Made by a program: the position numbers and the translations under genes. From a bacterium (GTDB lineage: Bacteria; Patescibacteriota; Andersenbacteria; UBA10190), in assembly GCA_043811915.1 (NCBI GenBank), contig JBDRMS010000006.1:22870-86869 (forward strand): a stretch of 64,000 nt of DNA, in the 5' to 3' direction. How positions within the stretch are numbered: position 1 is the first letter of the stretch; each line of letters opens with the position of its first letter. Positions 1-9,419 of this stretch are shown here, piece by piece. Under the pieces are notes generated by a model. The model was not told the DNA's origin and did no database searches. It saw nothing but the letters and a program-made list of their open reading frames with translations.

Positions 1-30
1 GGTGCACCTGGGTGTGGTGAAGAAGTAGAT

Positions 31-759
31 ATGGTGCGGCGGGAAAAATTACGAGCGTTGATACTATCACGACGCAGTGTAGGCGAGGCTGATCGGCTGG
101 TGACGATGTTGACGCGGAATTATGGTTTGTTACGCGTGCTAGCAAAAGGAGTGCGCAAAATACCATCACGTCGAGGTGGACATATGGAGTCTTTGACACA
201 GGCTGTAGTGCTTATCTCGGTTAGTGCAGGCAGGTACTTTTTGCAGGCGGTGGAGACAGAGAATTATTTTAAGGCGTTGCATGATGACCATGAGGCATTA
301 GTGCGAGTGCAACGCTTGTCTAAGGCTTTGGTTTGTATATTTGAGGAAGAGGTGGCTTATGCCAATCTTTATGATGCTTTACTTCAGGCTTGTGCGGTGT
401 TGCCGGAGGTGTCGTATGCCAAAAGATCGCTTATGGAAACGGCCATTGCTTTGCTGGTATTGCGGGAGGGGGGAATTATGCCGTTATTGGGGAGATGCCA
501 GTGTTGTGGAAGGCGACGACCAGAGGAGGCAGTGGTGCTGGATGCTGAACAGGGTGGCTGGACCTGTTTATCCTGCGTGTCATCTATGGCTAAGGCTCGG
601 GCATCTTTGACTCCCCGCATGCTGGCGGTTTTACGTTATTTAGCTGTTCATCCCGATAAGGCCTTGAGGTTATCTGTGAGTGAAGAGGAGGCGCGGCAAC
701 TATTGGGCGCGGTATGGCTATATGTATCGACTTTGGCCATGCGTGAGATGGCTACTTGA
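31..759 (+). CDS. recO: DNA repair protein RecO
   Basis: N-terminal OB motif GEADRLVTMLTRNYG..AKGVRK; CxxC...CxxC zinc finger. Confidence 0.9.
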   Translation: MVRREKLRALILSRRSVGEADRLVTMLTRNYGLLRVLAKGVRKIPSRRGGHMESLTQAVVLISVSAGRYFLQAVETENYFKALHDDHEALVRVQRLSKALVCIFEEEVAYANLYDALLQACAVLPEVSYAKRSLMETAIALLVLREGGIMPLLGRCQCCGRRRPEEAVVLDAEQGGWTCLSCVSSMAKARASLTPRMLAVLRYLAVHPDKALRLSVSEEEARQLLGAVWLYVSTLAMREMAT

Positions 760-776
760 GGTATTATTAGAGGAAT

Positions 777-2735
777 ATGGTGAATGAAGAAGAAAAAGAC
801 GACCTGGGGGTGATTCGCCGTCGTTTGTATGCTCGGGAGGAATCGGAAGAGTTGCAACAACGAGGGGAGGAGTTGCATCGCCTGGGCGTTACGCGGCGTT
901 CGATAATTGAGCGGCCTAAATCGAGAGAAATATTGTCGGCGCTCAAATTCAAAAATTTAGCGTTACTTAGAGCTAAAAAATGGGGGCGAGTGTTGAGGTT
1001 TTCTGGCCTACTGGCCTTTGGGATAGTAGTAGTGCTGATAATGGTGGCTTTGACTGTATGGTATCGGTCGACCAGGACGGTTACTGAATCTCAAGTGGCC
1101 CTGTCTATTGAGGCGCCGGGTGAGTTAACGGCTGGGGAAGAGATAATTTACCGAATTCCATATGGCAATGAAAGCCGGGTTGATTGGGAAAACGTGGAAT
1201 TGGTGGTGAATGTACCGAGGGGTTTTACTTTTCGGGGTAGCAATCAGGAGGTAGAGAAGCTGGGGAAACAGTTAGTGGTGAAGTATGGGAAGCTGGCCAG
1301 TGGAGAATCAGGCGAGCTGCACGTGAGGGGGCAGCTGATTGGTGAACAAAACGAGACGGCCACGGTTTTGGCGGAGTTGGTTTTGACGCCGGAAAATTTT
1401 CCCAGTGGTCGGTTTACCAAACAGGCGGTGCGGGCTACGACTATCACGGCCTTGCCGCTGGATGTATCGCTGAATATTCCGGATGATGCGGCCAGTGGCG
1501 AGCGGGTGATGGCCAGTGTGACAGTACGGAACTTGAGTAACAATACTCTGGAGGGTGTGTATTTGCAGCTAAATATGGCAGCGGGCATGCAGCTGGCCGT
1601 GGAGGACGGCGGGTTTACCCCCGGTTTTTCAGTGCCGGCTGCTGGCTGGCAGTTGTCGAGCCTGGACTCTTTACAGGAAGAAGAGCTGACGGCAGTGTTT
1701 TATGTTGAGGGACAGCCGGGCGAAAAGCGGGTGATTGATATTAAGGCGGGCATCAGGCAGGGCGAAGAGGATTTTATACAGCGTGAGTTGACTCATGTGG
1801 TAACTGTTTCGGCTTCAGAAGTGGTGGTGGACCAGTTGTATAATGGGAGTTCAAACCCCCTAACGGTGCGGGCGGGAGAGCGGGTAATGGGAGAGGTACA
1901 TTATGGCAACGTGGGGACGGTTGGTTTAAAAGATGTGATAATTGAAGTGCAGTTTGAGGGTACCAGCTTTGATCCGGCGTCTATTGATTTGGAAGCGGGG
2001 TCTTATGACCCAGAGAAAAGAACTATTGCGTGGTCGGCGGCCACGGTACCTGAATTGGCAGTATTGCAACCACAGCAGGAAGGCGTGCTAAAGTACTCTT
2101 TTAATATTTTACCTATTGGCCAGTTTCCTACGTCAGGCGAGGCGACTAAAAATCATGTGTTGGTGACGACGGCTACCATTAGCAGTCCTGACCTGCCGGC
2201 GCCGGTAGGACAGCCGCGAAAAGTTATATCGGATAGAGCTGTGCTGTCGGCGCGTACAGACTTGATTCTTGACGCCACGGCGTTATTTGATGATGGCCGG
2301 CTGGGATTGACCAGTTCGGGGCCGGTACCACCGGAAGCGGGGAAAACTACTTCCTATACAGTGCGCTGGCGAATTGGTTCGACGCTTAATGATGTGGCTG
2401 ACGTGCGACTGATAGCTGTGTTGCCGGACGGGGTTACTTATACAGATCAGATGTACAAGACGGGCGGTGAATTTGCTTTTAATGATCGAACGGGCGAGAT
2501 AGTGTGGACGCTACCGATTATGAATGGACTGGTGGGAAGGGCGGCGCCTTATCAGGAATTGCATGTGCAGGTGTCGATTAAGCCGGGGGAGGACAAACGA
2601 GGGCAGAATGTGTTGTTGTTGAATAGAACGGAATTATCGGCCGTAGACCAGTTTACGGATGAGGCAGTGGAAGTGAATTTGGCAGAATTTCCTGATACGG
2701 GGACGGCTGTACCTGGGAAAGGCGTGGTACAGTAG
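777..2735 (+). CDS. Membrane-anchored hypothetical protein with repeated DUF11/CARDB-like beta domains
   Basis: Single TM near aa 75-95; repeated motifs like AGEEIIYRIPYGN / SGERVMASVTVRN / AGERVMGEVHYGN. Confidence 0.6.
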   Translation: MVNEEEKDDLGVIRRRLYAREESEELQQRGEELHRLGVTRRSIIERPKSREILSALKFKNLALLRAKKWGRVLRFSGLLAFGIVVVLIMVALTVWYRSTRTVTESQVALSIEAPGELTAGEEIIYRIPYGNESRVDWENVELVVNVPRGFTFRGSNQEVEKLGKQLVVKYGKLASGESGELHVRGQLIGEQNETATVLAELVLTPENFPSGRFTKQAVRATTITALPLDVSLNIPDDAASGERVMASVTVRNLSNNTLEGVYLQLNMAAGMQLAVEDGGFTPGFSVPAAGWQLSSLDSLQEEELTAVFYVEGQPGEKRVIDIKAGIRQGEEDFIQRELTHVVTVSASEVVVDQLYNGSSNPLTVRAGERVMGEVHYGNVGTVGLKDVIIEVQFEGTSFDPASIDLEAGSYDPEKRTIAWSAATVPELAVLQPQQEGVLKYSFNILPIGQFPTSGEATKNHVLVTTATISSPDLPAPVGQPRKVISDRAVLSARTDLILDATALFDDGRLGLTSSGPVPPEAGKTTSYTVRWRIGSTLNDVADVRLIAVLPDGVTYTDQMYKTGGEFAFNDRTGEIVWTLPIMNGLVGRAAPYQELHVQVSIKPGEDKRGQNVLLLNRTELSAVDQFTDEAVEVNLAEFPDTGTAVPGKGVVQ

Positions 2736-2738
2736 GTT

Positions 2739-3254
2739 ATGGTTCAAGGAATGCTTTCTCGGTTGCTGGGGGGTTCATCGTCGCGGAATAAACGACGGGA
2801 AGAGAGTTGGGGCCGGGCGCAAAAAGCTGGCCCGCCCGATGCGCTGCAGAGTTTAAACCCGCTGGCTCGCGGAGGAAGTGATTATGAGTTGGAGAGAAAG
2901 AGGCGACGGAATGAAATACAGCAGAAATTTTACAGTCCCGGTCGGAAGAGGTTGGTGAGAAGGCGCCAGCAGGCGGAACGGAGTTTTAGAGATAGTTTGC
3001 GAAGACAGCAGGAGAAAATTGAGGGGTATTACAGGTGTAAGGAAAAGAGTCTGGGTGAGGAGCGGGCCCAGGAGAAGGTAAAAGAGAGATTTAGGCGGGA
3101 AGAGAGGGAGATGACCAGAAAGTTTCGCAAAACGTGGCAGGACCAGGAAAGTGATTTAAAGCGCCAGCGCGACAGAAAATACAGGCAGATTACCAAAGAA
3201 ATGCATAAAGAATCGCGGGAGGCGAGGGGGCTGCCCGATCGAACGCAATGGTAG
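2739..3254 (+). CDS. Hypothetical Arg/Glu/Lys-rich coiled-coil protein
   Basis: 171-aa ORF packed between neighbours and overlapping the glyS start; highly charged. Confidence 0.6.
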   Translation: MVQGMLSRLLGGSSSRNKRREESWGRAQKAGPPDALQSLNPLARGGSDYELERKRRRNEIQQKFYSPGRKRLVRRRQQAERSFRDSLRRQQEKIEGYYRCKEKSLGEERAQEKVKERFRREEREMTRKFRKTWQDQESDLKRQRDRKYRQITKEMHKESREARGLPDRTQW

Positions 3255-4561
3255 ATCTGGAAACAATTGTGGGATTGGCGAAGAGACGGGGCTTTGTTTT
3301 CCCCGGCTCCGAGATTTACGGCGGCCTGGCCAACAGCTGGGACTACGGTTTGCTTGGAGTGTTGCTGAAAAATAATATTAAACGGGCCTGGTGGGACAGG
3401 TTTGTGCGAGGGCGATTAGATATGGTGGGGATTGATTCGGCTTTAATTATGAATCCAAAGGTATGGGAGGCCAGTGGCCATTTGGCCGAGTTTAGCGATC
3501 CTTTGGTTGAGTGTAAAAGTTGTCACGCCAGAGTACGTGCTGACGAGGTTGATTTAAGTGCGCCATGTCGGGAGTGCGGACAGAGAAGCAATTTTACTGA
3601 ACCGGCCCAGTTCAATATGATGTTTAAAACTTTTGTGGGGCCAAAAGAGGACGCGGCGGCGGTGGCTTATCTGCGTCCGGAGACGGCGCAGGGTATGTTT
3701 GTTAATTTTGCGCAGGTGCTAAACACTAGCAGGAAGAGAATACCGTTTGGTATTGCACAAATTGGCAAGGCTTTCAGGAATGAAATAACGCCGGGTAACT
3801 TCATATTTAGGACGCGCGAGTTTGAGCAAATGGAAATTGAGTATTTTGTGCATCCGGACGCGTGGCAGGAGTATTTTGGAGCTTGGCTTAAAGAGATGCA
3901 TGCTTGGACGGAGTTTTGCGGAATCGCACGGGATAGACTGCATGATTGTGAATGTAAGCCGGAGAATCGCTCTCACTATTCCAGTAAGACAGTGGATATA
4001 GAGTTTGACTGGCCTTTCGGCCGCAAAGAACTGTACGGCATAGCTTATCGGGGCGACCATGACCTGAATTTGCATGCCAGACATTCCGGCAAGCCCATGA
4101 ATTACACAGATCCGATTACGGGTGAGATGTACGTTCCCCACGTGGTGGAGCCAACTTTTGGCGTGGATCGGACTTTGTTGGCTATGATGTTCTCTGCCTA
4201 CCATGAAGAAGAAGTTAAGGGAGAGAAGCGGGTAATAATGAAGTTTCCGGCTGCTTTGGCGCCGTATCAGGTGGCGGTGTTGCCGTTGTCGCACAAAGAT
4301 GAACTGGAAAAGGTGTCCAGACCCCTGGCGCAGGAGCTGGCTGGGCAATTTAGCTGCGATTATGACGTGACACAGTCAATTGGCAAGCGATATCGTCGTC
4401 AGGATGAAATTGGCACACCTTATTGTATAACGGTCGATTTTGAAAGTCTGGAGGATAAAGCCGTGACAATAAGAGACAGGGATAGTATGGAGCAGGAGAG
4501 GATATCGATTGGCGAAGTGGCAGAACGAATAAAATCCAAAGTCCAAAATCCAAATGACTAA
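3248..4561 (+). CDS. glyS: Glycine--tRNA ligase (alpha2 type)
   Basis: KRRGFVFPGSEIYGG, LRPETAQG, FRNEITPGNFIFRTREFEQME, SIGKRYRRQDEIGTP. Confidence 0.97.
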   Translation: MVDLETIVGLAKRRGFVFPGSEIYGGLANSWDYGLLGVLLKNNIKRAWWDRFVRGRLDMVGIDSALIMNPKVWEASGHLAEFSDPLVECKSCHARVRADEVDLSAPCRECGQRSNFTEPAQFNMMFKTFVGPKEDAAAVAYLRPETAQGMFVNFAQVLNTSRKRIPFGIAQIGKAFRNEITPGNFIFRTREFEQMEIEYFVHPDAWQEYFGAWLKEMHAWTEFCGIARDRLHDCECKPENRSHYSSKTVDIEFDWPFGRKELYGIAYRGDHDLNLHARHSGKPMNYTDPITGEMYVPHVVEPTFGVDRTLLAMMFSAYHEEEVKGEKRVIMKFPAALAPYQVAVLPLSHKDELEKVSRPLAQELAGQFSCDYDVTQSIGKRYRRQDEIGTPYCITVDFESLEDKAVTIRDRDSMEQERISIGEVAERIKSKVQNPND

Positions 4562-5843
4562 AAGGGCGTCGTTTCCTCTTGTTAAAAAAGAATTGTCTTC
4601 TGGTTTGCGTGTCTTGTTGTTACCGAGGTCTGAAGGCGAGACGGTGACGCTGCTGGTTCTAATTGGCGTGGGCTCGCGTTATGAGGCGAAGAAGCAAAGT
4701 GGACTGTCCCACTTTCTGGAGCATATGTTTTTCAAAGGAACGAAAACGCGTCCTGATAAGCGTGAAATTGCAGAGGCGATGGACAATATTGGGGCGGAAT
4801 TTAATGCTTTTACTGGTGAAGAAGTGACGGGGTACTACGTCAAGGCGGCCAGGGAACACCTGGATTTGGGGGCTGACGTGGTGTCAGATATATTGTTGCG
4901 TTCCTTGTTTCCGGCGGAGGAGATAGAGCGGGAGCGAGGGGTGATTAAGGAGGAGATAAAAATGTATACTGATTCGCCCATGCAGCACGTTCATCATTTG
5001 TGGCGTCGTGCTTTGTTTGGTAAGCAGCCGTTGGGGCGTCGCATTGATGGTTCGGCGAAGACAGTATCTGCTTTTCAGCGGAGTGACTTTGTGTCTTATA
5101 CGAAGAAGCATTACCACACGGGCAATGCGGTGGTGGCCCTGGCGGGAAATTTTGACAGTGATGAAGCATTAGACAAGATGCAGTTGCTGTTTAAGGAATT
5201 GCCGCAAGGCGAGGAAACCGAGCCCGAGGCGGCACGGGAAGGACCGGCCGAGCGGCTGGTGCATGAGCGCAGGGAATCACTGGATCAAACACATTTAGTG
5301 GTCGGTGTGCCAGGCGTGTCGCTGGACGATGACCGGCGTTTCGCCGCTAACTTGCTGGCTATTATTTTGGGCGGGGGAATGAGCAGCAGATTGTTTATGA
5401 AAGTGAGAGAGAAAGAGGGCTTGGCTTATGCTATTCGCAGCTCAATTGACAATTTTGTCGACACCGGCAGCCTGGAAACGCAGGCTGGTTTGCGCACGGA
5501 TAGGGCAGATTTTGCGCTAAAATTAATTTTACAAGAGTATGACAGAGTGATGCAGGAGGTTGTGCCGGCGGCCGAAATTAATAAAGTTAAACAGATGGTG
5601 CGCGGCCACATGGTATTGGAACTGGAGGAAACAAATTCTCTGGCCATGTTTGCCGGAGTGCAGGAGCTGTTGCAGAATAAGGTTATGACGCCGCATGAAC
5701 TGTGGCAGCGCACTCAAGCTGTGACGGCACAGGATATTCAGCGAGTGGCACAGGATTTACTTAGTCCGGGGCGGAGGGCAGCCGCATTGCTTAGTCCGCA
5801 CGAGTCGGTGAATGCCTTTGAACAACAGCTTAAGACAGAGTAG
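4554..5843 (+). CDS. M16 family zinc peptidase
   Basis: Inverted zinc motif HFLEH; GGGMSSRLF. Confidence 0.93.
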   Translation: MTKRASFPLVKKELSSGLRVLLLPRSEGETVTLLVLIGVGSRYEAKKQSGLSHFLEHMFFKGTKTRPDKREIAEAMDNIGAEFNAFTGEEVTGYYVKAAREHLDLGADVVSDILLRSLFPAEEIERERGVIKEEIKMYTDSPMQHVHHLWRRALFGKQPLGRRIDGSAKTVSAFQRSDFVSYTKKHYHTGNAVVALAGNFDSDEALDKMQLLFKELPQGEETEPEAAREGPAERLVHERRESLDQTHLVVGVPGVSLDDDRRFAANLLAIILGGGMSSRLFMKVREKEGLAYAIRSSIDNFVDTGSLETQAGLRTDRADFALKLILQEYDRVMQEVVPAAEINKVKQMVRGHMVLELEETNSLAMFAGVQELLQNKVMTPHELWQRTQAVTAQDIQRVAQDLLSPGRRAAALLSPHESVNAFEQQLKTE

Positions 5844-5854
5844 TATGCAGGGGT

Positions 5855-6904
5855 ATGGATAATAACGGCCAGACAGCGAAAATAGATATTTCGACGGGCA
5901 CCATATTCAGGGCTGTTTTGATTCTGATTAGCTTCTGGTTTCTATACGTAATTTTTGATTTTTTGCTGATGTTGTTTGCCTCGGTGGTAGTAGCCAGTGC
6001 AATCAGGCCGGTGGCTGATAGACTGGAGAGGTACCGTGTGCCGCGGGCATTATCGGTTGTCCTGGTATATATTGTAGTCCTGGTTTTGTTGTCGGTGGTG
6101 GTGTCGTTGATTGTTCCGCCGCTGGCGGAGCAGGTAACTCAATTAGCCCATGCGTTGCCGGCACTGGTGGAGTATTTGAGCAATCAGGGCCTGGTTCCGT
6201 CGTCGGGAGCAGTTAAGGGGACAGTCAGTGCGTGGCAGCAGGCACTAGCCGGAGTGGGAAATAACCTGGCCAATGTGGGAGCGGGGTTGTTTCGCCAGAC
6301 GCGGACGGTGTTTTCGGGGGTGTTCACTCTGGTTTTTATGTTTGTGATTGCATTGTACCTGGTGGTGGACAAAGATGTCATAAAGAAGCCTTTTCAGATT
6401 GTGGTACCGGCCAGGCATATGCCGTATGTGGAGATGGCGATTAACCGGGCTCAGAAGAAGATCGGACGCTGGATGTTGGCGCAATTGACTTTGGGAGTGA
6501 TTATTGGCGTGGTGGTGTCGGTAGGCTTGTGGTTGATGGGAGTGCCGTACTCTTTACTGTTGGGCCTGGTGGCGGGGGTGCTGGAGATGGTACCGATTAT
6601 CGGGCCGATTGTCGCGGCGGTGCCGGCTGTACTAGTTGGCTTTACACAATCCTGGATGTTAGGACTGGGAATAATATTATTTTATTTGCTGGTACAACAG
6701 GCGGAAAACCACTTGTTGATTCCATTTATAATGCGGAAAGCTACGGGCTTGAACCCACTTGTTATTATATTGGCGATATTGCTGGGTGCGCGGTTAGTTG
6801 GTGTGGTGGGAGTATTGCTGGCAGTGCCGGCAGCGGTGGTGATATGCGCTTTTGTTAATGATTTGGCATCGGCGTCTGAAACTAATGATGAACTAGCGGG
6901 CTAA
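5855..6904 (+). CDS. AI-2E family transporter
   Basis: Multi-TM; VPIIGP, QQAENHLLIP, GLNP..GVLLAVP motifs. Confidence 0.9.
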   Translation: MDNNGQTAKIDISTGTIFRAVLILISFWFLYVIFDFLLMLFASVVVASAIRPVADRLERYRVPRALSVVLVYIVVLVLLSVVVSLIVPPLAEQVTQLAHALPALVEYLSNQGLVPSSGAVKGTVSAWQQALAGVGNNLANVGAGLFRQTRTVFSGVFTLVFMFVIALYLVVDKDVIKKPFQIVVPARHMPYVEMAINRAQKKIGRWMLAQLTLGVIIGVVVSVGLWLMGVPYSLLLGLVAGVLEMVPIIGPIVAAVPAVLVGFTQSWMLGLGIILFYLLVQQAENHLLIPFIMRKATGLNPLVIILAILLGARLVGVVGVLLAVPAAVVICAFVNDLASASETNDELAG

Positions 6905-7351
6905 AACCAGGGTGAGGGCCAGGGCGACGAGAGTAATTTGAAAAACAAGGCCGCGGGGGATGTTGTTTGTCTCGCGCTGGATGTGGTTGTGGAAATGGAA
7001 TAATGGTTTAAGCCAATTGAGATATTTGGTGTGCGTGACAGGGCCAAGGAGATTGTAGAGGGTGTGAATGATGTCCGGAGTGTTACTGCCGATCATGGCA
7101 ATAACAGCCGGCCGCAGGGGCAGGCGATTTATGGTAATTAGCAGGGCCAGCGTAATTCCTCCCAATACGTCGATGGCGACCAGTGTATACGGGTAGGGGC
7201 GTTTATTGGGATCTATGTTCCAGTGGAGGATTGAATCGGCGAGCAGGTGGAGGAGAAAAGCGGCGGCGAAGATTAAGAAAGGATTTTGCAAATAAACGCC
7301 AAGAGGCAGGCTGATAATGGTGTGGGTAGCGGACAGCACATAAGCTATCAT
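6893..7351 (-). CDS. Small membrane protein, possible metal-binding hydrolase-like
   Basis: Hydrophobic; H...HLLADSILHW, PD and HFHNHIQ motifs. Confidence 0.55.
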   Translation of the reverse strand: MIAYVLSATHTIISLPLGVYLQNPFLIFAAAFLLHLLADSILHWNIDPNKRPYPYTLVAIDVLGGITLALLITINRLPLRPAVIAMIGSNTPDIIHTLYNLLGPVTHTKYLNWLKPLFHFHNHIQRETNNIPRGLVFQITLVALALTLVLAR

Positions 7352-7359
7352 ACCCTTAT

Positions 7360-8124
7360 ATGATAGATAGTCACGCGCATGTCATGTTTTCCCAGTTTGA
7401 CGAGGATCGGGAAGAGGTTATGGGAAGAGCCCGGGAAGCAGGTGTTGAAGGATGGATTGAAGTGGGGACAGATGTGGAGCAGAGCAAAAAGGCTATTGCC
7501 CTGGCTCGGAGGCATGATAGGGTGTTTGCCGCGGTTGGCGTTCATCCGAGCGAGGTGGAAACTCTGAACGAGGAGGACTGGGGGACATTAAAGAAATTGG
7601 CAAAAGGGAAAGAAGTGATAGCTATAGGCGAAGTGGGAATTGATTTGTACAGAGGTGGATCTTTGCAGAAGCAACTTGAGGCATTGCGGCGATTTATTGG
7701 ACTGGCCGGGGAAAGGAATTTGCCAATTGTTTTTCATGTGAGAGGCAGCGAGGAAGTGGACGCGCATGACCAAGTATTAAAGTTATTGAGCGCCCCAGCC
7801 TTAGGTGTAATGCATTCATTTAGCGGTACGTGGCGGCAGGCGGAAAAATATATGGAATTAGGTATGTACCTTGCTTTTAACGGCGTAGTGACGTTCAAGA
7901 ATGCGGGAGAGATAGCGGAGATAGCGCGCCGGGTACCATTGAATAGAATATTGATAGAGACGGACTGTCCATATCTTGCGCCGGAGCCGCATCGGGGAAA
8001 GCGCAACGAACCGGCCTATGTGAAGTTGGTGGCAGAAAAAATCGCGGAGTTGAGAGGAATGACGGTGAGCGAAGTTGTTGAGGCTACTTCTGATAATACT
8101 GAAAGATTATTTGGCCTAAAGTAA
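7360..8124 (+). CDS. tatD: TatD family hydrolase
   Basis: DSHAH, GVHP, GEVGID, ETDCPYLAP..RGKRNEP. Confidence 0.95.
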   Translation: MIDSHAHVMFSQFDEDREEVMGRAREAGVEGWIEVGTDVEQSKKAIALARRHDRVFAAVGVHPSEVETLNEEDWGTLKKLAKGKEVIAIGEVGIDLYRGGSLQKQLEALRRFIGLAGERNLPIVFHVRGSEEVDAHDQVLKLLSAPALGVMHSFSGTWRQAEKYMELGMYLAFNGVVTFKNAGEIAEIARRVPLNRILIETDCPYLAPEPHRGKRNEPAYVKLVAEKIAELRGMTVSEVVEATSDNTERLFGLK

Positions 8125-8177
8125 TTGCGTGTATACTTGATGTTGTGCGAACTGAAAACGGAAATTTTAGTGTAATT

Positions 8178-9404
8178 ATGCCGCTGGCGGCACGGGTCAG
8201 GCCCAGTAGCTTGGAAGATTTTGTGGGGCAGGAGGAGGTGTTGGGAAAGGGCACGGGGCTGCGGCGAGCCATTGAACAGGGCGTGGCGGGATCATTGATT
8301 TTGTGGGGGCCGCCGGGAGTGGGTAAAACGACGCTGGCATATATTATAGCGGGCAGAATGGATGCGGCACTAGAGCGCATTAGTGCAGTGACGGCAGGCG
8401 TGAAGGATTTGCGGGAAGTAATTGTCAGAGCGCACGAGTGGCAAAAAGTGAGCAAAAGAACGGTGCTGATAGTGGACGAGATTCATCGGTTTAATAAAGC
8501 GCAACAAGATGTGTTATTGCCATCCGTGGAAGAGGGCTTGATAACTCTGATCGGGGCGACAACGGAAAATCCATATTTTGAAGTGATAAAGGCTTTAGTA
8601 TCACGGGCGGAGGTGGTGCGATTAGAAAGATTGAAGGAGAAAGATATTCGAAAGATTGTGCGGCGAGGCTTGTCGTTTGTGGATGCTAAAATTAGTTTGT
8701 CGGGGGCGGCTGAAGAGAGCTTGGTGATTCTGGCGGGCGGTGATGCCAGAAGGGCATTGAACATTCTGGAGCGGTCGTTGCTGGTTGCTCAAGGGAGAGA
8801 GATTAGTAGAGAAGATGTTGAGTCAGCGGCACAGCAGTCGATAGTGCAGTATGACAAGGCGGGCGACGCGCATTACGATACAATATCGGCCTTTATTAAG
8901 AGTATGCGGGGATCTGATCCGGATGCGGCGTTGTTTTACATGTTTCGCATGTTAGTGGCGGGCGAGGACCCGAAATTTATTGTGCGGCGGATGCTGATTT
9001 TTGCTTCGGAAGACGTTGGCAATGCCGACCCGCATGCTTTGATGGTGGCAAATTCAGCGGCTCATACTCTGGACTGGGTGGGCTTGCCGGAAGCAGAGTA
9101 TGCCTTGGCGCAGGCGGCGACATATTTGGCGGCAGCACCGAAGAGTAACAGTGTGAAAAAGGCTATGGCGGCGGTAAAACGGGATGTCGAGCGGTATGGT
9201 AATGCTGTGCCGCCGAGGCATATCATAAATACTCCGGGGGTGAATTACCGGTATCCGCATGATTTTCCGGGCCACATAGTGGCGCAACAATATAGACCGG
9301 AAGAAGTGCGGGACAATATTTACTACGAGCCGGGTGAAGAAGGTTTTGAGAAGGAGGTAAAAAGACGCCTGGATGCAGCGCGGAGGGTTTTACGCCGGCG
9401 ATAG
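8178..9404 (+). CDS. rarA: Replication-associated recombination protein A (RarA/MgsA)
   Basis: PLAARVRP, GPPGVGKTT, DEIHRFNKAQQD, HYDTISAFIKSMRGSDPD; start moved to ATG 8178. Confidence 0.95.
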   Translation: MPLAARVRPSSLEDFVGQEEVLGKGTGLRRAIEQGVAGSLILWGPPGVGKTTLAYIIAGRMDAALERISAVTAGVKDLREVIVRAHEWQKVSKRTVLIVDEIHRFNKAQQDVLLPSVEEGLITLIGATTENPYFEVIKALVSRAEVVRLERLKEKDIRKIVRRGLSFVDAKISLSGAAEESLVILAGGDARRALNILERSLLVAQGREISREDVESAAQQSIVQYDKAGDAHYDTISAFIKSMRGSDPDAALFYMFRMLVAGEDPKFIVRRMLIFASEDVGNADPHALMVANSAAHTLDWVGLPEAEYALAQAATYLAAAPKSNSVKKAMAAVKRDVERYGNAVPPRHIINTPGVNYRYPHDFPGHIVAQQYRPEEVRDNIYYEPGEEGFEKEVKRRLDAARRVLRRR

Positions 9405-9419
9405 AGTATACTGTTGATT

